This document shows, one piece after another, positions 54,859 through 64,000 of a DNA stretch of 64,000 bases. The translations under genes were made by a program, and so were the position numbers. The notes under the pieces are model-generated. The model had not been told where the DNA came from and ran no database searches. It saw only the letters and a program-made list of their open reading frames with translations. The stretch is from positions 10,461 through 74,460 of the forward strand of contig JBBRTH010000018.1 of NCBI GenBank assembly GCA_038244615.1, written 5' to 3'. The DNA is from Mycobacteriales bacterium (GTDB taxonomy: Bacteria; Actinomycetota; Actinomycetes; Mycobacteriales; Mycobacteriaceae). How positions within the stretch are numbered: position 1 is the first letter of the stretch; each line of letters begins with the position of its first letter.

Positions 54859-55459
54859 CTAGCGCAGAAGCACACCGGCAGCCAATCCGCTGCGCGGCCA
54901 ACCGGCGGGGAAACTCTCCCACTCCTCCTGACGACCGTATGGCGTCAGGTCCAGGAACGGGTAGCCGACCGAGGTGTGGTCGAGCCCTCGGGCGTAGGTC
55001 GAGTAGGTGTGGAACACCTCGTCGCCGCGGCGCAGGAACACACTGGCGCCCGGCATGTCGCCACGCAGGTCATCGTCGACGAATCCGTCGGCACGCAACT
55101 CGTCGAGCGACCTGTAGTTGTACTCGACCGGGATCCGCTCCGGGTCGAGAGTCGCCCGATAGTCGTAGGTGAAGTCGCCGTCACGCGACGAGTAGCACGG
55201 AAACGTCCAGCCGTGCTGGTCTCGGGTGCACGTAGAGCTGCGGCCTGCCCTCGAACAAGTCGACGAGGCGCAGCTTGTCTGCAGGCCCCTCGAATGCATA
55301 GTCCTTGTCCACCTTGACCATTGGCATCCGCGGTCGCTCGGCGTTGACCTCATCTCGTAGGTGCGTGACCTCACGCTCGCGGGCCAACAACCGTCGGCGC
55401 GCAGTCAGCCATTCTCCTCCGGTGGCGACGTCTGGGTAGGCGGCAGGGAACGGGGGCAT
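54859..55459 (-). pseudogene. DUF899 family (thioredoxin-like) pseudogene
   Basis: EWLTARRRLLAREREVT..DLFEGRPQLYVH joined out of frame to GWTFPCYSS.DGDF..YSTYARG..LDLTPYGRQE; central segment missing. Confidence 0.75.
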
Positions 55460-55551
55460 GGGCACATCCTCTCGGTTCGGCGTATGCGGTATCGACTCGC
55501 CGACCGGCCAAGACTCATCGCGGCACCCACGGGTCGCGCTACCTTGTCCGC

Positions 55552-56256
55552 ATGTATCACTTGCTGGCCGATCCGCCCTTCTTCGGCGGTCCGGGTCAAG
55601 GCACCCGTCAGATCATCGAATTGTTCGTCGCGTTCGGCCTCACGGCGCTGATCGGCCTCGAGCGCGAGATTCAGGGTAAGAGCGCAGGCCTTCGGACGCA
55701 GACCATCGTGGGTACGGCGGCTGCGCTCATCCTGCTGGTTAGCAAGTACGGGTTCCAGGACGTGTTGGTCGACGGGCTAGTCATCGTCGACCCGTCGCGT
55801 GTCGCGGCCCAAATCGTCTCGGGCATAGGCTTTCTCGGCGCAGGCATCATCATCTTCCGCCGCGGCTCGGTCCATGGACTGACGACTGCGGCTGCAGTCT
55901 GGGAGTCCGCGGCCATCGGCATGGCTGCCGGCTCGGGCCTGCTGCTGCTCGCGTGCACCGTGACGGCGATGCACTTCCTCATCATCTTGGGGTTCATGCC
56001 GTTGGCCAAGCGTTTGGCCGCCCGTTTGAGCGGCTCGATCCGAATGCACCTCACCTACGAGGAAGGCCGCGGCGTGATGTCGGCTCTGCTACAGGCATGC
56101 GACCGACGCAACTGGCAGCTTGCGGAGCTGGAATCGGATCCGACCGGCGGCGTGCTGCTCACGTTGTCGGGCAACGGCATCCTGAACGCACCGACCCTGC
56201 TTGCGGGCATAGACGGCGTCACCGCGATCCGCCAGCTCGACGACGATCCCGACTAA
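55552..56256 (+). CDS. MgtC/SapB family membrane protein
   Basis: IGLERE..GKSAGLRT, DPSRVAAQIVSGIGFLGAG, GLTTAA. Confidence 0.92.
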   Translation: MYHLLADPPFFGGPGQGTRQIIELFVAFGLTALIGLEREIQGKSAGLRTQTIVGTAAALILLVSKYGFQDVLVDGLVIVDPSRVAAQIVSGIGFLGAGIIIFRRGSVHGLTTAAAVWESAAIGMAAGSGLLLLACTVTAMHFLIILGFMPLAKRLAARLSGSIRMHLTYEEGRGVMSALLQACDRRNWQLAELESDPTGGVLLTLSGNGILNAPTLLAGIDGVTAIRQLDDDPD

Positions 56257-57656
56257 GGGGCCAGTTGGTCGCGGCTCGCACGATACGAGGCGATGCACCC
56301 TACGGCGGCCAGGACTGCCATCACCGTGAACATCCACCTGGCAGCGGTCGCGTCGCCCCGATCGGTGAGGTTGACGACGACGCCCGCAAGCCCGGCACCG
56401 AACGCGCCGCTGATCAACTGCACGGTGTTGATGGCCGCGGCTGCGGTGCGCCCCTCGGCTGGGTCGTCACTGCTGCCCATCGCCCATGCGGAGAGGTGGG
56501 GCCACGCGACGCCCACGCCGGTACCGGTGATCAGCAAAGCCACCACCCACACCGCGATCACCAGCCCGGCGGCGTCTTCGATCTGGCTCACCGCGGCGAT
56601 CCCCAAGCCGACCGCCATGACCAGCGGCGCTGCCGCGACGACTCGCACGATGACACGGGTCCTGGTCAGGGACGCACTGACGATCTCGCTGATGGTCCAT
56701 CCCACCGCCAATGAGACGCTGAGGAAGCCCGCGGCGACCGGCACCAGGTGCGCCAGCCGCTGACCGAACAACGGCACGTACATGTCCGCCATCGTCGCCG
56801 CCATCAACACACCGAGCGTGAGGTAGATCCACTTCAACGGGCCAGGCCGAATGGCCTTTGGCGGCAGAACCGACGCGGCGGTGCGCCGGTCCACGCCGAG
56901 GAACACCGCCACCAGAGCCAGGCCCGCGACGAGGAAGCCACCGGTCACGGCGAGGTTACGCGCGATGCCCGCGACGCTGACCGCCAGCGCGGCAACGCCC
57001 AGCAGCATCAACGACCACACGGGGATGCGGTCGGCGATGGGCCGATCCTCGTCAGCCGTCCGACCGGGCAGCGCGAACGGCACCAATGCCGCCATGGCGG
57101 CCGTCAGCAATGCGAGTACGCCGAATGCCCAACGCCAAGAACCGAATTGCGCAAACAGCCCACCAGCGGCCGGCCCGACCAGGGTGCCGACGCCCCACAT
57201 CGCCGATACGAGCGCCGACGCCTTGGTCCACAGCGATCGAGGCAGGGCAGCGTTGATGACGGCATATCCCAAGCCGGCGAGCAGGCCACCGGCCGCGCCC
57301 TGCACCAGGCGACCCAGCAGTAGGAACTCCATGGTCGGCGCCACTGCGCACAGCACGCTACCGATCCCGAACACGCCGAGGCCGGACACGTAGGCCCATC
57401 TCGGCCCGAGCTTCGTCAGCACCGAGCTCACGGTGGTGGCCGCCACCACCGACGCGACTAGGTAGACGGTCGTCACCCATGCGTAGAGACGCTCGCCGCC
57501 GATCTCGGCGACGGTGCTGGGAAGCAGGCTGACGGTGAGGAACTCGTTGGTGGCGTACAGCGCCACGCCACCAGCCAAAACGGTCGAGGCGCCGAGGTTC
57601 TTGGGCCCCAGCAGTTCTGCCCACCCACCGCCCGGGGGGCTTTCGGTCCGTGTCAC
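56253..57656 (-). CDS. MFS drug-efflux-type transporter (Rv1634-like)
   Basis: About 14 hydrophobic segments, GRLVQGAAGG, GPAAGGLFA..GSWRWAF; conserved position downstream of uvrB. Confidence 0.9.
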   Translation of the reverse strand: MTRTESPPGGGWAELLGPKNLGASTVLAGGVALYATNEFLTVSLLPSTVAEIGGERLYAWVTTVYLVASVVAATTVSSVLTKLGPRWAYVSGLGVFGIGSVLCAVAPTMEFLLLGRLVQGAAGGLLAGLGYAVINAALPRSLWTKASALVSAMWGVGTLVGPAAGGLFAQFGSWRWAFGVLALLTAAMAALVPFALPGRTADEDRPIADRIPVWSLMLLGVAALAVSVAGIARNLAVTGGFLVAGLALVAVFLGVDRRTAASVLPPKAIRPGPLKWIYLTLGVLMAATMADMYVPLFGQRLAHLVPVAAGFLSVSLAVGWTISEIVSASLTRTRVIVRVVAAAPLVMAVGLGIAAVSQIEDAAGLVIAVWVVALLITGTGVGVAWPHLSAWAMGSSDDPAEGRTAAAAINTVQLISGAFGAGLAGVVVNLTDRGDATAARWMFTVMAVLAAVGCIASYRASRDQLAP

Positions 57657-57713
57657 GGGAACAACCGTACGAGCTCAACCATGGTTGAGATCAAGACGTC
57701 TTCGGGCAGCGTC

Positions 57714-59876
<2,163 letters not shown>

Positions 59877-59883
59877 GTTCACC

Positions 59884-59906
59884 AGATTAGAACCAACCAC
59901 CGACAA
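59884..59906 (-). promoter_or_regulatory. RecA-NDp (PafBC-type) promoter of uvrB, leaderless
   Basis: Minus strand TTGTCGGTG-8nt-TAATCT, 7 nt before the ATG. Confidence 0.88.
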
Positions 59907-59971
59907 GCGAACCCCCGGTCGCGCCGCTCCTGCCCACCGGCAAGCTGATCGGTTCCCATTAGGCTGTCCGA

Positions 59972-60478
59972 ATCCATCCTCCGAAGCACGAGATCTTTGA
60001 CCTCGCCGCCCGCACCAACACCGATCCCAAGGGCATCGTGCGGGACGTCGACGTATTCACCGTGCACCCCTGGGGCCTCTACATGGCCAGGCCGACGCCA
60101 GGCCGAGCCCAGTTCCATTACCTCGAGTCGTGGCTGCTTCCGTTGCTCGGCCTGCGGGTCTCGGTCTTCCACTTCAATCCCGGCCATGAACGCGATCAGG
60201 ACTTCTACCTCGACGTCGGCCGGTACACCGTAGACGGCGATGTCTGGCACGCCGAGGACCACTACCTCGACCTCGTCCTTCGGACCGGTGCAGAAGTCGA
60301 GCTCATCGACGTCGACGAGCTGTTCGAGGCGGTACGACAAGGCCTGATGACGCCGGAGTCCGCGAGCGCGGCGGTGCAGACCGCCGTCGTCGCCATCGAC
60401 GGTCTCGCCCGCCACGGGTACCACCTCGGACAGTGGCTTGCGGACCACGAAATGGTCCTCACCTGGCGGGCAGCGTAA
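59972..60478 (+). CDS. DUF402 family protein (Rv1632c-like), probable non-canonical ATC start
   Basis: [41 protein letters not shown]; in-frame TAG at 59960-59962; first canonical start GTG 60038. Confidence 0.85.
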   Translation: MHPPKHEIFDLAARTNTDPKGIVRDVDVFTVHPWGLYMARPTPGRAQFHYLESWLLPLLGLRVSVFHFNPGHERDQDFYLDVGRYTVDGDVWHAEDHYLDLVLRTGAEVELIDVDELFEAVRQGLMTPESASAAVQTAVVAIDGLARHGYHLGQWLADHEMVLTWRAA

Positions 60479-60489
60479 AGTCTGCATTC

Positions 60490-61071
60490 ATGAGCTTGAC
60501 TAAGCGTGGACTGGCGGCGGGCGCTGCGGCAACCGTTCTGCTGTTCGGCGCCCAGTTGCTCCCCGCGATCGCACTGGCGGACCCCAGTGGTACACCGGGA
60601 CCCGACGCCACCGAGCAGTCGGCCGACACACCACCACCGCCGGACGCGCAGGCCGATTTCGGGCCTGGCCCCTACAACGTGGTCTACCGCGCCCGGGTCG
60701 ACGGCGTGTCACGCGGCGCGACCATCAGCTACGCGATGGCCGACGACCAGGTGAACACCGCGGACCCGACGATGGTGCCCGGGCGGACATTCGAGGCGAC
60801 GGGCGTGGTCAGCCAGACGCAGAAGGCCGGCATGCAGGTGTCCATCCAGTGGCCGTACTCGGCCAGCTTGCACTGCGAGATCCTGGTCAACGACCAGATC
60901 ATCGCGGAGGCCGATCAGTTCGTCGCGCCACGGCTCACACCCCAACACAACGATCCGGGCTACGGCGTGCTCAGTTGCGGATCGGTGACCAACTTCCCGA
61001 CCGGCAACACGGCACCGATCGATGCGCCGGCACCCGTCGACCCCGCCACGGCTGCCGCTCCGGCGGCCTGA
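60490..61071 (+). CDS. secreted hypothetical protein with an MmpS-like beta domain
   Basis: Signal peptide ending ALA, Pro-rich linker, VVYRARVDG..ISY..LHCEILVNDQIIAE, second Cys in VLSCG. Confidence 0.7.
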   Translation: MSLTKRGLAAGAAATVLLFGAQLLPAIALADPSGTPGPDATEQSADTPPPPDAQADFGPGPYNVVYRARVDGVSRGATISYAMADDQVNTADPTMVPGRTFEATGVVSQTQKAGMQVSIQWPYSASLHCEILVNDQIIAEADQFVAPRLTPQHNDPGYGVLSCGSVTNFPTGNTAPIDAPAPVDPATAAAPAA

Positions 61072-61080
61072 GCCCTCGCC

Positions 61081-62292
61081 TCATGGGCGCCAGCCCGTCG
61101 CGTCCGCCCAGGCCCACGCGCGGCGGTAGGCATCGACGAACCAGGGCTCCTTCGCGTCCGCGTAGTCAGCCGTCGTCCGGTGTCCTGCGGCCTCCACGTC
61201 CCGTTTCACCGCGAGGTACTCGTTTCGGACACTCGGCTCGGCGATGAGCCAGTCGACGAACAGCAGAGCGAACTGCTGCCCCGGCCAGCCGTCGACCCGC
61301 AGATGCACGTTGGTCGGCCGACCAGGGTCGGCGGAGCCGTGAAACCGCTTGCGCCACAACGACGGATCATCGGAATGGTCGAATACCTCTACGGTGCTGC
61401 GAGCATCGGGCTTGCCCACGTCGGTAGTGACGCCCACGCGGGGATAGCCCGCAGACAGCAGCGCGTCCGCGAGCTCGTCCGCCACGGCGAGGGACGGCAC
61501 GGTTATCTGAACGTCGATGACGTTCTTGGCGTCGAGCCCAGGCACCGCCGTCGAACCGATGTGGTCGATGCGCACGGCCCGATGACCACACGTCGTGTTG
61601 AGACGGTTGACGATGCGCCTGGCCTGATCGGCCCATGTCGGATCCGACGGCACCAACCGCGGCGAGGTGTGGGCCGGTTCTGCGGCTTGGACGTTGTGGG
61701 CGAACGGCAGGATCCGCTGATGCCAGAGAGTGCGGGCGACCGCCGCCAGTTCCTCGGTGGTACCGGTGTTTTCGAGCCACACGTCGGCGACCTCGCGGCG
61801 CTGATCCTCGGATGCTTGCGCCGCGATACGTGCCCGTGCATCGGACTCAGGCATGCCCCGCTGCTGGGTCAGCCGCGTCAGTCGCACTTCTACGTCGGCG
61901 TGCACGATCACGACCAGTGGGAACATCGGCGCCATCTGTGACTCCACCAGCAGTGGAATGTCCTCGACGATCACGGCATCCGACGGCGCCGCGTCGATCA
62001 GCTCGGCACGCCGCTTGCCCACCAGCGGATGCACGATGCCGTTCAGCGTCGCTCGCTTGTCGTCGTCGCTGAAGGCCACCGCCGCCAACGCCGGGCGATT
62101 CAGTGCGCCATCGGGAAGGAGGATCTCGGATCCGAACGCCTCGACCAGCGCCGCCAACCCCTCGGTGCCGGGTTGGACCACCTCACGCGAGATGACGTCG
62201 CCGTCGACGATGATCCCGCCGAGCTCGTGGAATGTCGCGGACACCGTTGACTTCCCGGCGCCAATACCACCGGTCAACCCGATACGAAGCAT
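61081..62292 (-). CDS. coaE: dephospho-CoA kinase with C-terminal GrpB/UPF0157 domain
   Basis: IGLTGGIGAGKST, LNGIVHP, DIPLLVE; C-terminal IDHIGSTAVPGL.AK.VIDVQ. Confidence 0.96.
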   Translation of the reverse strand: MLRIGLTGGIGAGKSTVSATFHELGGIIVDGDVISREVVQPGTEGLAALVEAFGSEILLPDGALNRPALAAVAFSDDDKRATLNGIVHPLVGKRRAELIDAAPSDAVIVEDIPLLVESQMAPMFPLVVIVHADVEVRLTRLTQQRGMPESDARARIAAQASEDQRREVADVWLENTGTTEELAAVARTLWHQRILPFAHNVQAAEPAHTSPRLVPSDPTWADQARRIVNRLNTTCGHRAVRIDHIGSTAVPGLDAKNVIDVQITVPSLAVADELADALLSAGYPRVGVTTDVGKPDARSTVEVFDHSDDPSLWRKRFHGSADPGRPTNVHLRVDGWPGQQFALLFVDWLIAEPSVRNEYLAVKRDVEAAGHRTTADYADAKEPWFVDAYRRAWAWADATGWRP

Positions 62293-62311
62293 GAATGTGT
62301 CCTCACAAAAT

Positions 62312-62350
62312 AAACCACGCAGGAAGTCGCGAGGACTTCCTGCGTGGTTT
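62312..62350 (-). terminator. intrinsic terminator between rpsA and coaE
   Basis: Perfect 17-bp inverted repeat aaaccacgcaggaagtc / gacttcctgcgtggttt with a 5-nt loop, followed by atttt on the minus strand. Confidence 0.85.
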
Positions 62351-62399
62351 CACTCGATCCAAACTCGGCGAATGAGTGGTCTTGTAGGCGTTGCTTGTG

Positions 62400-63866
62400 T
62401 TAAGCGTTGCCCGCGAGCTTCTCCCGCAGCGCTGCCAGCTGAGCGTCGCTCGCCAGCGTTCCGCCGGTGGAGGGCTCACCCGAGCTGGACGACGACGTAG
62501 AGGAGGACGAGGTGCCGTTGGCGGTGGCAGGCCGGCTGGCCGCCTCCGCGTCGGCTGCCGCGAACTTCTCCATCTGCGCGGTGTGCATCTTGTGACGGCG
62601 CTCGGCCTCAGCGTACCGGGCCTCCCACTCGTCACGCTGCTTCTCGAAGCCCTCGAGCCATTCGTTGGTCTCGGAGTCGAAGCCCTCGGGGAAGATGTAG
62701 TTGCCCGCCTCGTCGTAGCTGTCGGCCATGCCGTACTTCGACGGGTCGAACTCCTCGGTGTAGTCCTCGTTGGCCTGCTTGAGCGACAGCGAGATACGAC
62801 GGCGATCGAGATCGATGTCGATGACCTTGACCATGGCGTCGTCGCCGACCTGAACCACCTGGTCCGGGACCTCGACGTGGCGCTCGGACAGCTCCGAGAT
62901 GTGCACCAGGCCCTCGATGCCCTCCTCGACGCGGACGAACGCACCGAACGGCACCAGCTTGGTGACCTTGCCGGGCACGATCTGGCCGATGGCATGGGTG
63001 CGCGCGAAGTGGCGCCACGGATCTTCCTGAGTCGCCTTGAGCGACAACGAAACCCGCTCGCGATCCATGTCGACGTCGAGCACCTCGACGGTGACCTCGT
63101 CGCCCACCGTGACGACCTCGGACGGGTGGTCGATGTGCTTCCAGGACAGCTCGGAGACGTGCACCAGGCCGTCGACGCCACCCAGGTCCACGAAGGCACC
63201 GAAGTTGACGATCGACGAGACGACGCCCTTGCGGACGGCGCCCTTCTGCAGCTGGTTGAGAAACTCGCTGCGCACCTCGGACTGGGTCTGCTCCAGCCAG
63301 GCACGGCGGCTCAGCACCACGTTGTTGCGGTTCTTGTCGAGCTCGATGATCTTGGCCTCGATCTCTTTGCCGATGTACGGCTGGAGATCGCGGACGCGAC
63401 GCATTTCGACCAGAGACGCGGGCAGGAAGCCACGCAGGCCGATGTCGAGGATGAGCCCGCCCTTGACGACCTCGATGACGGTGCCCTTGACGGCCTCGTC
63501 CTTTTCCTTGAGTTCCTCGATGGTGCCCCAGGCGCGCTCGTACTGGGCACGCTTCTTGGACAGGATCAGACGGCCTTCCTTGTCCTCCTTGGTGAGGACC
63601 AACGCTTCGACCTCGTCGCCGACGGACACAACCTCTGAGGGGTCGACGTCGTGCTTGATCGAGAGTTCGCGGGAAGGGATGACCCCTTCGGTCTTGTAAC
63701 CGATGTCGAGCAAGACTTCGTCACGGTCAACCTTGACGATGGTGCCTTCGACGATGTCGCCATCGTTGAAGTATTTGATGGTCTTGTCGATTGCGGCCAT
63801 AAAATCCTCGGCCGAGCCGATGTCGTTAATGGCTACTTGCGGCGAGGTGATGGACGGACTTGGCAT
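62400..63866 (-). CDS. rpsA: 30S ribosomal protein S1
   Basis: Four S1 repeats (DIGYKTEG, DIGLRGFLP, DLGGVDGLVHVSELSW, EGIEGLVHISEL), LASDAQLAALREKL. Confidence 0.99.
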   Translation of the reverse strand: MPSPSITSPQVAINDIGSAEDFMAAIDKTIKYFNDGDIVEGTIVKVDRDEVLLDIGYKTEGVIPSRELSIKHDVDPSEVVSVGDEVEALVLTKEDKEGRLILSKKRAQYERAWGTIEELKEKDEAVKGTVIEVVKGGLILDIGLRGFLPASLVEMRRVRDLQPYIGKEIEAKIIELDKNRNNVVLSRRAWLEQTQSEVRSEFLNQLQKGAVRKGVVSSIVNFGAFVDLGGVDGLVHVSELSWKHIDHPSEVVTVGDEVTVEVLDVDMDRERVSLSLKATQEDPWRHFARTHAIGQIVPGKVTKLVPFGAFVRVEEGIEGLVHISELSERHVEVPDQVVQVGDDAMVKVIDIDLDRRRISLSLKQANEDYTEEFDPSKYGMADSYDEAGNYIFPEGFDSETNEWLEGFEKQRDEWEARYAEAERRHKMHTAQMEKFAAADAEAASRPATANGTSSSSTSSSSSGEPSTGGTLASDAQLAALREKLAGNA

Positions 63867-64000
63867 GTGGTGGGTGGCTCCGGACAGGTTTTATCGTAGG
63901 GACAGATGGTGTTGGTGTGTACTGGTGTTACACGCGATCGAGCGCGCCCACGAGTACTCGAAAAGACTACTCGACTGGGTACACGCTGGACAAACCTGGT

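Noticed and set aside
62470-62530. Ser-rich run near the RpsA C-terminus
   Set aside because: This linker is variable and low-complexity in mycobacterial S1 proteins

Overview
GC-rich mycobacterial (most likely Mycolicibacterium) chromosomal segment. From recalled gene order it is collinear with the M. tuberculosis rpsA-coaE-uvrB-usp-uvrA-lysX-infC-pheST-argCJBDFRGH region (Rv1630-Rv1659), read here mostly on the minus strand. Accessory material is inserted into this backbone. (1) 27.8-34.0 kb: a caspase-like protease locus with a helical-repeat (TPR-like) gene, a stand-alone CHAT protease with an intact His/Cys dyad, a 449-aa protein whose C-terminus resembles ECF sigma region 2, and a translationally coupled unknown protein that could be the substrate. 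(2) 40.5-50.9 kb: a synthase-type polysaccharide locus (BcsB-like membrane protein, beta-helix protein, ugd, UDP-xylose synthase, processive GT2, GalE/UXE-like epimerase) that predicts a xylose/L-arabinose-containing polymer, with pmt, paralog and ISL3 remnants. (3) 52.9-54.8 kb: an ECF sigma fused to a zinc-binding anti-sigma motif and a TM helix, next to a secreted DUF4189-like protein. Also seen: several genuine pseudogenes, a dispersed REP/MIRU-like repeat family recruited into protein N-termini, ATC start codons, PafBC-type promoters for uvrA and uvrB, and many leaderless starts. No rRNA, tRNA or CRISPR array was seen. All family assignments come from motif recognition; no database search was run.
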